This document shows, piece after piece, positions 44,054 to 57,310 of a DNA stretch of 64,000 bases. The translations under genes were made by a program, and so were the position numbers. The stretch covers positions 124,001 through 188,000 of the forward strand of contig JAPMXV010000049.1 of the NCBI GenBank assembly GCA_026936335.1. The letters run 5' to 3'. How positions within the stretch are numbered: position 1 is the stretch's first letter; each line of letters starts with the position of its first letter. Source of the stretch: Mantamonas sphyraenae STR306. Taxonomy: Eukaryota; Protista; CRuMs. A model generated the notes under the pieces. The model was not told the DNA's origin, ran no database searches, and saw only the letters and a list, made by a program, of their open reading frames with translations.

Positions 44054-47000
44054 ATGTCCGACCTGAGGCTGTCGCAGCTGGCAAACTCGCCATCTTCGCG
44101 AAGCAGCACCATGCTGTCGAGCAGCGGGCGTACGTCTCCGGACGACGAACTGGAGGAGTTGACGCTGAAGTACATCCGCGTGCGCAAAGAGCGCAAGCAA
44201 CTCCTTGCCCAAAACCAGCAACTTCAAGCACAGGTGGCGCAGCTGACGCCCGCCGCGCGTCAGAGCACCGTGCTGCACAAACGCCTGCAGGACGCAATTG
44301 CCACGCTGGAGGAGATGAACACAGAGCACCACAAGGTGCTTGACAAGAACCGCTCGCTTGCACAGTCCTTGGAGCAGGCCAAGGCCCAGGCCGAAGCACG
44401 CGGCGCAGAGATTGCGTCGATGAAGGCTGAAAACGAGGCTGCGCTGCAGCTGCGAGCAGACAACAAGCAATTGGCAGCGCAGGTGGAACAAGAGAGGCAA
44501 GAGGCCGAGACGCAGCGCAATCGCAACGCGCGGCAGCTTCAGCAGCTGCGCGAACAACTGGAGTCCGTCCAACAGACACTGGGTGGCCAAAATGAGGCAC
44601 TGAACGGCCAGTTGGACGAGGCACAGCGAAGGGTGAGCACCTTGAAGGAGAAGCTTCGGGAGCGGGAAGACAAGGCGCGAGAAGCGGAAGAAGCACTGGC
44701 CCGTACACAGCTGGAGTTGAGCAACAGGGAGCGCGCATGGAAGCAGGAACGCACCGAGATGAACGACGCACTGGGCAAGCAAGTGAGTCAGGTACACTCG
44801 CTGGAGCTGGAGCTGGAGAAATCGAAACACACGCGGCAGCTGAACGAACGCGAAATGACACAGGTGCAGAAAACATACGAGACTCAATTGGAACGCACTC
44901 GAGAGAGCAATGGCAAGCTGGAAGCACAGCTTGCACGCACACAACAGGAGAAAGCACGGTTGGAGGAGAGTGTGGCCGAGGGTGAGCGCGCCTACCACAC
45001 GCTGCAGCTGCAGCTGATCCAAATGCGCGCAGAGTACAGTAACGACGAGAAGATGGAGTGGCAACAGAACACACGCGAGTTGACGCTTGCGCTTGAGCAG
45101 AGCAAGCGGGCGCTGTTTGAAGCCGAGCAAACCAATGCGCAACAGAAACGGCTGCTGGACGAAGCACAGGCTCGCGAAGAAGCACGTGTGCGCAAGATGG
45201 AAACCGAACACCAGGTGGAGTTGCGTCACGCAGCACGGAAGTCGACAGAAGCGGAGGAGGAGCACAGGAAGCAACTGGAAAACACTTCGGCCTCGATGAG
45301 GCAGCGTATCGAGAATCTGCAAGGAGAGCTGGATAGCCAGCGAAGGCAAGCGCATGCGATGTACGAGAGTGCGCAGCAGCAGAGCCAACAGCAGCTGGAG
45401 TCGCAAAAGAGGCACTACGAGCAGCAGATGGAGATGTTGCGCCAATCGCTCGCCCAGGCGCAGAATAGCCTGCTGAACATGTCGACGGCGCAATCGAGCC
45501 TGTTGAACAGCAGCACAAGTGGAGGCATGGCCAACCAAGACTCCAGTTTTATGGACATCAGCCTGCACGAGGCCCAAATGGCGCGCGAAATCCAAGCACA
45601 GCGAGAGCTGGAGCACGCCAACGCTGAGCTTCAGCGTGATTTGGCCGCTCTGAAACAAGAAGTGCAGACAGAGCGCAGTCGATACGAGAGCCAGATGGAA
45701 AAGATGGCACGGGAATTGCAGCAGGCAGTGATCGAGAGAGAACGGGTGCAGTCGCAGTGGCAGGTTGTTGAACAACAACTGCGAGAGAAAAACGCAGAGC
45801 TGGAGCGCGAGCAAGCCAGCGTGCATCATCAGAACAATCAGCTTGCCCGAGACGACCAGGAGATGCGCAGCAAGTACGCAGAAGCCAGCGGAGAAGCCAA
45901 ACGGGCCACAGAGGCGAGGCAAAGCACACAGATGAAGCTGATGCAAGCCAAGGAGCAGCTCAACAGGTTGCGTGCTGAGTTGCAGCAAAGCCAACGTGAG
46001 CAGGAGCGCAACCGCACGACTTTCGAACAGGCAAACGCACAGGCGCAGCAACTGGGAGTGCGACTGGAGCAAGCGCAGAACCAAGCACGCACAGCCGAAG
46101 AACGCGCAGCACAGGCATCCAACCAATACCAACAGTGTCAGCGAGATCTGGACACGGCCCAGAGCGAACTCCGTTTGTTGAACGAGCGGTACACCGAGCT
46201 CAAGGCGACCCACGACGCTCTGGACGCAGCACACACGGCCTTGCATGCGACGCACACCCAGGAAATGCACACCAAGACAACAGAGCTGGCCGTGCTGCGT
46301 GCCAAGCTGTCTCAGAAGGATGGCCTGGAACATGAGGCAGCACGCAAGGCCGAACGCCTGAACGACACCCTGCAACAGCTCGAGCACGAACGGGGCGTGC
46401 TTTTGGCTGCACAGCACGATTTGACGAGCACACGGCACCAGTTGGAATTGGCACAGGCACACACAGCGGAACTGCGCAACGAGAACAGCCAGCTGAAGGA
46501 ACAACTGGCGACGCTGAAGGACAAGGCAAGCGCAGTACCCATGCTGGAGGATCAGGCGCGATCACAGCGAGAGGCAAACAAGAAACTGGCCAATCGCGTG
46601 GCGGCAAGCAAGAAGCGCATCGACGCGTGTGCAGCCGCGTTGGACGCTAGCAAAAGGGCGCACCAAGAGGCGCTCGATGCAGCCAAGACGTGGCAGCTGG
46701 ACTACGAGGCGCTGAATCAGGTAAGCAAGCAGACTGAGGAACAGCTGCGCAAGCAATTGGCCGAAGCAACGGCAAAGGTGGAGGAAGCGGAAACGGAGTA
46801 TGCCGCGTTGGTGGAGAAGTACAGGGTCTCGGAAGGGGCACACACAGCTCGAGTGGCAGAACTGGAGCGCTTGCACACAGAAGATGGATACAAAGTGCAG
46901 ATGCTGAAGGATGCGCATGCAAAGATGGTGCGAGAACGCAACCAAGCTTTGGATCAGGTGAAGTACTTGCAGTCGTCAGACCAGGTGCAAAGTGAACAAG

Positions 47001-49817
47001 TGAGCGAGCTCCAAGAATCGCTGAATGCTGCAGTGGCACAGCGCGAGGAGCTGAGCAAGCAAGTGCAAAAGGCGCGCCAGCTGAAGCGCAAGTACACACA
47101 GGTGTCCAGCAAGCTTCGACAGAAGCGCTTGGAGGCACAGGGGATGCAAAGCAAGCTTGAGGAGTATGAGCGCAGGTCGCAGACTCTGGAAGCGAGCGTT
47201 GCGCTGCTGGAGGAGCGCTTGGGAGAGCGTGAGCGGCAGAAACGTGAGGAAGAAAGCAGCAAGCTGGCAGACCAGAGCGAGTGGAAGCACAGGGCAGCGG
47301 CGTGGGAGATTGAAAAGAACGCGCTTCAAGATAAGCTGAATGCGGTGAGCCAGATAGCACAACAGCACGCAGTGCTGCAGCAACAGATGCACTCGCTGGA
47401 GCAGCAGCACGCCACCGAACTGACGTATCTGAACAAGGAGTTGGACAAGGAGGCTGCCGAGAAACGAGATGCTCTTGCTCGGGCAGCCGAAGCCAAACGA
47501 ACAGCAGACGTGCTTTCTCGCGAAGTTGCATCTCTGAAAGAGAACTATCAAAAGAGCCAACAGCAAGTGGAGCACATGCGAGAGGGAATGGACGGCGACG
47601 CGGCAGCCAAGACGCAGGCGGTGTTGGAGAAGCAGCAACTAGGTATGGAGCTTGTGCAAACACGCAAAGGGCTGACTCAGGCACAGGAAGCACACGCACG
47701 TGTTGCCACGCAGCTGGAAGAGATGACACGCAAGTACGACGAGGTATCCCAGCAACTGCAAAGGGCAGAGTCGACAGTAGCCGAGACCAGCGCCGAGATG
47801 CGAACGGTGCAAGAGCGATCCCGAACACTGGAACAGGAGCAGGCAGGGACAGTGAAGGCACTTCAAGAACGCGTGGAAGCCCTTCGTACCGAGCAAACCG
47901 AGCTTCTTATGGCAAAGCAGGCGCTCGAGAGTACCGTGGCCGGGCTGGAGGAGAAGCTGGCGGAGAAGCAAGACGCATTGGCGGAGCAGTCGCGTGCCAC
48001 AAAAGAGGCGCAAGAGCAGCTAAGCGAGGCAAAGGCGACGTGGCAGGCGGCAGAACGGGAGTGGGTGCACGTGCGCAACAATCTGGAGGCAGAAGTGGAA
48101 GAACTGAGTGAACAAGTGAGCAGAAGCTCGTTCATGTTGCAGGACAAGCAAACACAGTTGAACGAACTGGAACCACAGCTGAGTGCTAAAGAGCGTGAGC
48201 TGCGGGAAAAGAACGCCGAGTTGGAGGAGGCAAACGATCGCCTGGGAAAACTACAGGCGACACTCAAGACTCGCGAGGCACAGGATGCACAAATGGACAA
48301 GTCGCTGACTGAGGATGCATTCCGACTGCAGTTGGTGCAGCAGGAGTGTCGACAGGCACAGGAAAGGTTGCGGGAGCGCGACGGGCTGGTGGCGAGCTTG
48401 GAAGCAAAGGTGCAGGCGCTGGAGGGCGAGCTGAAACAAGAACGCAACGAACACAAGAAGGCATTGGAAAAGGCACAAGCAGATGTGGAGGAGGTGCGTG
48501 TACAAAAAGGCGAGGCTGGAATGGAACACGAGCGGGCAATGGAGAAATTGCGCGGCGAGCGAACACAGGCGCAAGCACGTGTGCAGCAACTGGAAGCCCA
48601 AGTGGAAGAGATGGAATCAATTGTGAAGAGGGCGCGTGACAGCCAGGCACTGGGCCATGCGCTGATGCAAGCGGACCTACAGCTGGATGAACTTCGTCGT
48701 GAAAACACAGGTCTGGTGATGCGACTGGAGAAGATGCAGAGTCAGGTGAGCCAGGCCATGAACGAGGTGGCACAGCAGCGTGAGACGAATGAGCGTATGA
48801 GTCAGCTGATGGGTGAGCAGTTGGACGAGGAGCGCGGCGTACGTGGATTCCACGTGCAGGCAAAGCAGGCTATGGAGGCGGTGGTGCGCAGTGAGCAAGA
48901 AAAGACGCTTCAGATGTCTGTGCAGTTAAAGAGCGCACAAACAGAGGCTGCCAGTCTGCGGAAGGAGAAGCAGCGGCTGGGAGAACGATTGCAGAGGCTG
49001 GAGGAGGAGGTGCTGAGCAAACAGCAGAGCCTGGAGGGACTGGAGCGACGACATAAGGAGGAGCAAGGAGGTCGTGGAGCGTTGCAACAACGCATCGAGG
49101 ATTTGGAGCGTGCTCTGGAGGGGAAACGCGGGGAGATCGCCGCACTGAATGACACAGTCAGCAGTCTGAAACGCAGCTTGGGTGACTTGGAGTTGGAACG
49201 AGACGCAGCGTTGATGAGGCAGGAAGAGGCCAAGGCAAGGAAGGAGGCAAGCGAACGGGACCGCAGCGAACTGGTGATGGAACGCGACGCCCTGCGACAA
49301 GATCTGGCCATGTGCCAGCAGGAGGCAAGCGAGCTGCAGCGATTCCGCAACGCAAGCACAGACAAAGAGGCCAAGTGGGATGCAGAGCGCACAGAGTTGC
49401 AGGAAAAGGTGGAATCGCTGGAGCAGCAGCTGCGAGCAGAACGCACTGCACTGGGAAACATGGCGCAGGACAAGAAGGAGCTGGAGAAGGCAGTGGACAA
49501 AGCTTCAGTTGCAAGTGAAGAGTGTTCAGCTGGGAGGAGGAGACAGTGGCGGAAGCTCGCCCTTGGGTGGACGGCGTGGGAGCGTGAGCAGCGTGAACGG
49601 AGGAAGCCGACGAGGATCTTCCAGCAGCGTGGGCAGCGTGGATGGAGTGGGAGTAGATTCGCCCATGAGTTTGCGGCAGATGACCCGCGATCCACAGTCT
49701 CCTATCAACCAACGCAACAGGCGGCTCAGCGGGAAGCTGGATGAGTTTTTGAACCGGTCGCTTTCGCCATCACCGCGAGCGCTACGACGTCAACAAAGCC
49801 GAGAAACGGAAGAATGA
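44054..49817 (+). CDS. Giant intronless coiled-coil protein (~1900 aa); frameshift ~49500
   Basis: Continuous E/Q/K/L/A-rich heptads; removing one A in GACAAAGCTT continues into a Ser/Gly-rich tail ending at 49817. Confidence 0.8.
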
Positions 49818-49901
49818 GAGGCAATGAAGAGTGGAGTGTAGAGTGGCGTTTTTGGTGGGAGCATGTGGGTGATGAATGGACGCGCGATTGCAGGCAAGAC
49901 G

Positions 49902-50480
49902 ATGGGCAGGCACTCAAAGAGAGAACGGGAGAGCGAAAGCGAGAGTGAGAGCGAAGGGGAAGAGCGGGATGAAGACAGGCACGAGCGACGCAAGGAGAGG
50001 AAGAGGCGGAGGAGAGAGAAGAGGGAGAGGAGGAGACGGGAGCGCAAAGAACAGGAGGAGGAGGAAGAGCTGAGTGTGGACCAACTGCGGGTGCTGCTGG
50101 CGAAGAAAGGGGTTGAGAACGTAGCCGGGATTCCACTGCTTAGCAAGGATGACTACTTTCGCCGCAACGGCGAGTTCCGGGAGTGGCTGAGGGCCAAGAG
50201 GGGCGTGATGTTTGACGAACTCAGCCGAGACGAAGCAGACAAGCTTTTCGCCAAGTTCTGCCGACGATGGAACTCCGGACGGGTGCCCACGAGCCTTTAC
50301 AGCCTCAAGGTGACGACGACAGACCGAACACGACACAAGTGGGAGTTCCAGGGAGTCGACAAGGCGTCGTTGGAAGATGTGCAAGCGAGCGTACAGATTG
50401 CCACCACGGGCAGTGCCGCATCTTCATCATCGTCTGCTCCTCTCATGCGTAGCCGAGGACCACAACAGCATCACAGCAGC

Positions 50481-50514
<34 letters not shown>

Positions 50515-50924
50515 GTAGCAGGGGAGGCGGACACGAGCAGCACCATCCGGAACACGCGCATCGCAGCCACGGCAGGCAGGAAAGGCACAGGCATGGAAGA
50601 CGGGGAATGGAGCACGTGCAAGAAGTGATAGACCAGTACGAACCGGACAGGAAAGGCACACGCAAGGCAGAGATGCGCAAGGCGGAGGCTGCGGAAGCGC
50701 GACGTGCGCGTGCCTCGTCTCCAGAGCTGCAAGAGTCTGTAACAATGGGGGGAGGAGGATCCAACGAGTTCAAGCGCATGCTGGCACGGGAGAGAGCGCG
50801 CAAGGAGCGCAAGCAAGAAAAGGTGGACGAGCGGCTGGCTGCATTCCGGGCGAAGGAAGAGGAGAAGATGGCGCAGATCCGGGCGCTGATGGGTGACAAT
50901 TGGAAGAACCCGCTGGCTCAATGA
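49902..50924 (+). CDS. SCI1 (style cell-cycle inhibitor 1)-like conserved nuclear protein
   Basis: LSKDDYFRRNGEFREWL..FDELS..LFAKFCRRWNSG..RTRHKW after an R/E/K-rich N-terminus. Confidence 0.7.
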
Positions 50925-50973
50925 TGCGTTGGCTGGATTTGATGTGAACAAAGTTTACAGTAGTCTGGATCCA

Positions 50974-51490
50974 TCACCCCTGTGGCCGCACGGGGCCAAA
51001 GTAGTTCATGAGCAGGCCAGTGAACGCAAAGGTGACGCTGACCATGATCTGCTTAAAGTCCATGTCACTGCTCCTGATGTTGATGAGACTAGCAATGCAG
51101 GCCATCACTGCCACCCAGGAAGCCCACTTGACCTGTGCGAGTGGAGGAGTACGCAAACGCAGGTGAAGGACGCAGTCAGCATTTGCTCACCCAAAAACAC
51201 ACCGCCACGAATCCACATGAGCACAGCAGACAAAAGAAGAGGAGGGGATGGATGCACATTCCTCATGCGGTGTTCATGCTGTGACACCAACTCACCCTCC
51301 ACAGCAGGCCCAGGAAGCCAAAGACGACGCAGATGAGCGACCAGTAGTCAGACGCGTTGCTGGGTCCCTCCTCGGGTCCTGCCTCGCGAGGCACGCCATC
51401 CTCGCCCACTCGCAGCGCCTTGGGGAATGCGTGGATCTCTGTGCTCACGCGAGGATCGTCCTTATTGCCCGACGCCTGCTTCTTGACCAT
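50974..51490 (-). CDS. WDR83OS: PAT complex subunit Asterix; intron 51133-51295
   Basis: DPR..DYWSLICVVFGFLGLLWR|VKWASWVAV..DFKQIMVSVTFA. Confidence 0.82.
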
Positions 51491-51556
51491 CCTGGAGCTG
51501 GAACAAAGAGTTGACGGCCTCGGCGCGTCTGCTCAGCCACCCTCACGCATCGATCG

Positions 51557-52399
51557 ATGAGCAGCACAAGTGCACACACAGAGAAGGAACTCGAAGCTAT
51601 TGCAGACTCTGTGTCGGCTGACACAGATGCAAAGCCACAGTTGGAGCTGGTGGCTGGGGTGGAGGCAAGCGAGGCAGCCGCCGTCGGCCGCGTGGGCATC
51701 TTATCCAGCAGTTGGAACCCACCCAGTCGAGCTCACCTGGGCATGGCTGCCTTGCTCCATGGAAGCGTGGATTTGGTCCTGTTGCTCTGCAGCAAACGCA
51801 ACGCAGACAAGAAAATCACCGGCTTGTCCATTGTCCAGCGCCTGCGGCTGCTGAGCGAGCTGGTTAGCAAGAAACAGCAGCAATCATCGGGCTCCTTGCT
51901 GACCGAACCGATGTATGCAGTGGGTTTGTGCAACCAGGCGACATTTGTGGGCCAGCTGGGAGCGATCAAAGGGGTCTTCCACAAGGCCGACTCGTTTGTG
52001 TTTGTGCAGGGCAGCGACACCCTGGTGCGCTTCTTTGCCCCTCGGTACTACAACGACAGCGAGCAAGAGATGTGTGAACAGCTGTCCAGCGGCTTCTTTG
52101 GAGTCGGTGGCAAGGTGCTGGCCGTAGCTCGTCCTGACGACGACGACGACGACGTCGACAGCGAGTCCTTTGACGAGCAGCAGGTGATCGTCCAAACCAA
52201 CGAGTGTATTCCAGACGATGATTCCATGCACGAGGCTGTCTCGTGGGCCTCTCTCCCACACGAGCTGCACTCGGTGTCGTCCACACGCATCCGCAGGGCA
52301 CTGCAACAGAGCGATTCCGATGCACTGCGCACTCTGGTGCCCGATGACCTTCTGCAACCACTGGTGGACATGGTGGAGCAGCAACAGGTCGAATGGTGA
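51557..52399 (+). CDS. POF1-like nucleotidyltransferase (NMN adenylyltransferase)
   Basis: SSWNPPSRAH, LLL..NADK, GSDTLVRFF.PRYY, VSSTRIR. Confidence 0.78.
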   Translation: MSSTSAHTEKELEAIADSVSADTDAKPQLELVAGVEASEAAAVGRVGILSSSWNPPSRAHLGMAALLHGSVDLVLLLCSKRNADKKITGLSIVQRLRLLSELVSKKQQQSSGSLLTEPMYAVGLCNQATFVGQLGAIKGVFHKADSFVFVQGSDTLVRFFAPRYYNDSEQEMCEQLSSGFFGVGGKVLAVARPDDDDDDVDSESFDEQQVIVQTNECIPDDDSMHEAVSWASLPHELHSVSSTRIRRALQQSDSDALRTLVPDDLLQPLVDMVEQQQVEW

Positions 52400-52425
52400 A
52401 ATGACAATGAGATGACAATCACGCA

Positions 52426-54827
52426 TCACGCAGGAGACGGCTTGACATCCACGTCAATGATGCCCTCTTCTGCTTCGTCATGCACCACACTCTGGCGCTC
52501 CCACATCTGCGCATACAAGCCCTGGCCGTCATTGTGGCGCACGAGCTGCTGGTGCGTGCCTGATTCGACCACCTCGCCGTTGTCCAGCACCAAGATGTTG
52601 TTTGCGTACACCACCGTGGACAGCCTGTGTGCAATGAGGATGGACGTACGGTCACGTCCCAGATCACGCAACGCCTGCATGATTTCTGTTTCTGTGGCTG
52701 TGTCCAGGGCGCTGGTCGCCTCGTCGCAACCCAGAATGGGCGGGTTCTTCAGGAACGTGCGGGCAATGGCCACACGCTGTTTCTCGCCACCGCTCAGCTT
52801 CAAGCCGCGTTCACCAACCACCGTGTCGTATCCACTGGGCATACGTGCCACTGCGTGTGTCAACTGGGCCTTGGTGGCCGCCTCGATGACTTCTTCACGC
52901 GACGCATCCAGTCGGCCGTAGTTGATGTTGTAGTAAATCGAATCATTGAACAACACCGTATCCTGTGGCACAATGCCGATGGTCTTGCGCAGCGACTCAA
53001 TGTTGACCTTTTTGATGTCCTGGTCATCGATGAAGATGCGGCCATCCCAGGTGTCGTAGAACCGGTACAGCAGGCGCAGCACTGTGCTCTTTCCGCAGCC
53101 ACTGGGGCCCACAAGCGCCACGGTGGAGCCCTGGGGCACTTCAAAGCTCAAATCCTTGAAGATGGGCCTGTCCTCGCGATAGCCAAACGAAACGTTTTCA
53201 AAGCGAACTGTGGCGCCGTTGGAGCTGCGCAGGTTCAAGTGGGGAGCGTTGGGCATTTCCACCACACTGCTCTTTTGCGTGGTCAGCTCATACAGGTTCT
53301 CCATGTCGATAAGCGACTGGCGCAACTCGCGGTAGACTGAGCCGAGAAAGTTGAGCGGAATGGAGAGCTGGAACAAGAGGCCGTTGACCATGACGAGGTC
53401 ACCCACCGTGAGGGTACCTGCAGCAATGTCCTGTGCCGCGAGCACCATCATGGCCGTCATGCCTGTGGTGAAGATGGCGCCCTGGCCAAAGTTGAGGAAA
53501 CTAAGCGAGGTGGCGGTTCGATACGAGGCATCCTGGTAGCGCTTGAGAAAGGCGTCGTAGCGTTTGGCTTCGTGCTCGACGTTGTTGAACTGCTGCACCG
53601 TCTCAAAGTTGAGCAGGGAATCGAGGGACTTTGAAGAGGCTTCGTTGTCCATGGCGTTCATCTCCTTGCGGATGGTGGTGCGCCACTGGGTGATGGTGAG
53701 CGTAAACACAGAGTATGCAACAATGGTGCTGAGGGCCACACCGGTGTACTTGATGCCGCACTGGGAGGCCAGGATGGAGCAGACGAGTCCAATCTCCAAC
53801 GCTGTAGGCACCATGTGGAACAGCAGTGCCGAGAGCATAAACTGGATGCCACGCGTTCCACGGTCAATGATACGAGACAGGGCGCCAGTGTTGCGTCCCA
53901 GGTGGAACTTCATGTCCAGCTGGTGCAGGTGGCGGAACGTGTCCTGGCCGATCTTGCGCACGGCCGCCGTGGACACCTTTGCAAACACGGCGGAACGCAA
54001 TTCGTTGAACCCTGCCGCACCAATGCGTGCAGCTCCGTCTGTGAAGAGAGGTGGAGGTGGAGGGTGGTTGTGAGCAAGGAGGGAAGGACGACGACGGAAT
54101 CAGCGTGGCGAAGAAGGCAGGAAAATCACAGGAAGAAGCACATGGGCACAGGAAATCTGTGGCCTGGAGGGACAAGCAGAGGGTACTGACAGGCGAGGAG
54201 GAGACCCATGGGCACGACAATAACGCTCTCGGGTGCGTCGCCGACAGCTTGGGTCAGTGCGTCGACGCTTTGCTTGAACACCTGGGGCACCTGAACGTTG
54301 ATGAGCTTGGCTCCGACGAGGAGGGAGAGTGCAATGACAACACGTGCTTTGACGTTTGGCTTGCCATCGGGCCAAAGCTGGGTGACGGTGGAGCGGAGGA
54401 TAGCCTTGTGGGAATCGCTCAGGCGCAGCGGTTCCTTCTTGGGCTTGGCTTCGGCAAGGACGCGCGAAGCACGTGTGTGGAAGCCACCCGAAGAGCGAGT
54501 GAGAATGCCAGAGGCGTTCGAAGCGCCAGCTGTGACGAGCGGGCTGTGCATGGCTGTCGTGGAGGCAGCTCGGAGGGTGTGGGTTCGAACAGAAGCTCGA
54601 AGCAAGGAGTGGCGTGCCGCAGGGGACGCCACAGGCGCTGCCGCAGAGACAAGCGAGAGGGTGGAGATGGAAGGAAGGCAGTGTGCGACATGGCTCGCTC
54701 GCTGTGCGTGAGACGAGATTTCCAGTGATGCGGGCGAGTTGGAGGACAGGCCGAGGCGAAGGGCTGTGGCATGTCTTGTCGAGCCGCACGAGGACGACCG
54801 AACCAGCAACGGAGCGCGAGAATGCAT
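52426..54827 (-). CDS. ABCB7: Mitochondrial half ABC transporter ABCB7/Atm1; intron 54039-54190
   Basis: R/S/A-rich presequence, [59 protein letters not shown]. Confidence 0.95.
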
Positions 54828-54963
54828 GGACGGCACGTTTTCACGTGGAAGGGATGAGAGGTGTGAGGTTGGCTGCTTGGACGCGGCGGCTGCGACGCCA
54901 CACTTTCCTCCCTCCCTCCGCCTGAACACACCCCACACCCACGCGCGCCACACCGAACGTCCC

Positions 54964-57272
54964 ATGTCACGAAGAAGCGCAGGAGAAAAGTCGTTTGAAG
55001 TGACACTGTGGGACTCGACGATGGTGTCTGCGAATCTGCTGTCGTTTCTGGCACAGGTGTCGCCCGCGCTGCGGTGGCGCAAGGCGCAGCCGATGGACTT
55101 TGTGGACACGCTGTTCACAAACACGTCAGTGCAGCGGCGGCAGGGCAAGGGCAACCGACGGTCGTCGGTGTATCGCAAGCTGAGGCTGCGCAAGCCGAAG
55201 CTTTGCTACAGTCTGTGCGACCTGTGGGAGTTTTACGATCGGCCCTTTGGGCTTCGCGTGACAATGCAAGTGGACGGTGTGGACATGGATGTATACTTCA
55301 CGCCGGCACTGTCATCGATCGAAGTATACGGCTACGAGGCGCTGGATGGCGAACAGGACGGATACTCGTTCACGTGCATGGTGGAGGAGGAAGGGAGAGA
55401 AGCTGAGGAGGGCAATGCGCAGGAAGCCGGGAGCAGCAGCGGCGGCAACAACAGCAGCAACAACAGCAACAACAGGCCCCGGAGCAACTCGGACCTGAAT
55501 GTAAATTACGACCAGCCAGTGCCGCGGTACCTGGCACAGATGGCGGAACAGAGCACGCGACGGAAACGGCTGGTGGTTTGGAACGAGGCGCGGTATCCTA
55601 ACGAGCGACCACGACTGGTGCAACAGATTGAGGAGCTAAGCCGGGAGCAGTCGGATATCCTCACCAAGGGAAACAACATGCAGATTCACCCGGACAGTTG
55701 GTACTCGGTGGTGTGGTCACCTGTGCCAAGCCATAGCCACAGTTTGGAGGCGCACAAGGGGGTTTTCCTCACTTTTCACCGCTTCCACATGCATGGTGAC
55801 GAACAGCGGCACTCGTTTTGGTACAGCGAGAGCGACTTGCAACTCAGCCAAAGCCCAAAGATGCACGTGAGCTTGGAGCACGCGCAGGAGATGGGACTGC
55901 CTGTGCGTAGCGACGAGGAGAGCAGCAGCAGCAGCAGCGCACACGGCAGTTCCAACGCACCGAACGGACAGGTGCAGACACAGAGCAGGTTGAGATCGGG
56001 CAGTGGCTCATTGCTATCGAATGGTGGCAGCAGTGGGAACAGCAGCCACGGCGGAAGCACAGACGAGGACGAGAGCGGGAGCGAAGCGTCGGGCTCGTCG
56101 TGGAGCCGCAAATCGAGCGGAGGAGGAGAGGTAGCCGGAGGGTGGACAGAAGGGCCACCGAGTCTGGCACAGGTGTTTCTGGAGGCGGAGACGTCATACT
56201 CTGTGTTGGACACACTGTTGAGCATGCCTGCGTGGACAGAGGAGCAAGTGGTGCCGCGCGAGGTGCTTCAGCAAGTGCTGGACGAGCACGGCGAATGCGG
56301 TGCGTTGTCCTTGCGCAATGACGAGCAAGATTCAAAGGAGCTGTACGAACGGCGGGCGACGTTTGCGTGCGGCCTGGTGGGGGCCATTCCATACAAGGTG
56401 AACCTGCCGCTGTGGTGCCACTTTGTGCCGGAGTACAGCAATTTCCGGTATGTGTACGCTCAGCAGCGGTACGTACGCTATCCAAACCAGCGATGCAAAC
56501 GCAGCTTCCGTGGATCCGTGTTCATGCTGCCTACGCACCTGGTGCGCAACGGCCTTGCGCTTCAGCAGCACAGTGCGGTGTTCCACAACGATCTGAACCA
56601 CTACAGTGCGTATGTACAGGCGCTGATGCGCAAGGTGACAGACGATCCGCGCCTGCAAAAGAAAAAGAGCAAGCAGATAGGCAACGGGAGCGCACACAGC
56701 CGCTGGTGCGAGGTTGTGACGAGCAACCGCGTTCCACTGGACAGTGATTGGTGGCAAAAGCTGTCGCGCACAACAGAGGCGTCGATAAGCGCCCAGTTGG
56801 AGGCGGAGCGAGAGGCGGAGGCAACGAGCGCGGCCGGGGCCGAGCGACGCAGCCGAGCCGGTAGCAGCCGCAGCGCAAATGGACACACAGAAGAAGGAAG
56901 CGCAACGGGCCATGTGACAGAATCGCACGCTCCGACGACGACCAAACCGACAGCGGTGGCAGTGATGCAAGCTGAGGCTGTGGTCGAGGCAGCATTGCAA
57001 GCGGCAGCCGCCGTCGTCGCCGAGGAGCTGCACACAGAATTGAAGCAAGATGAGACCGGTGAAAGTGCGCACAGCAGTACAGAGACAGAGACACAGACAC
57101 AGACACAGACAATGGCAGTGGCAGTGGCAGTGGCAGACCCGGAAGAGTTGACCACCACTGGAAAAGTGGACACGAGTCACCACAGAGTGGAGATAGTCAA
57201 GAGGAAGACATGGAGGATGCACCTGCAGCGCAGCTGTCGTACGCAGAGATGCTCAAACGGAAGCGTGGGTGA
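54964..57272 (+). CDS. DUF789-like protein; frameshift ~57175 (ORF as assembled ends at 57345)
   Basis: ANLLSFLAQVSP, YSLCDLWEFY, YFTPALSSIEVY, IHPDSWYSVVWSP, FLTFH. Confidence 0.68.
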
Positions 57273-57310
57273 CAGGAATGCATTGTCGCGTGTCGTTTTC
57301 CGATTCCATT

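Noticed and set aside
43931-46504. Long antisense ORFs (857 aa here; also 5261-6826, 8581-10173, 31836-33845, 37556-39076)
   Set aside because: Shadow frames of real GC-rich genes with no recognisable motifs
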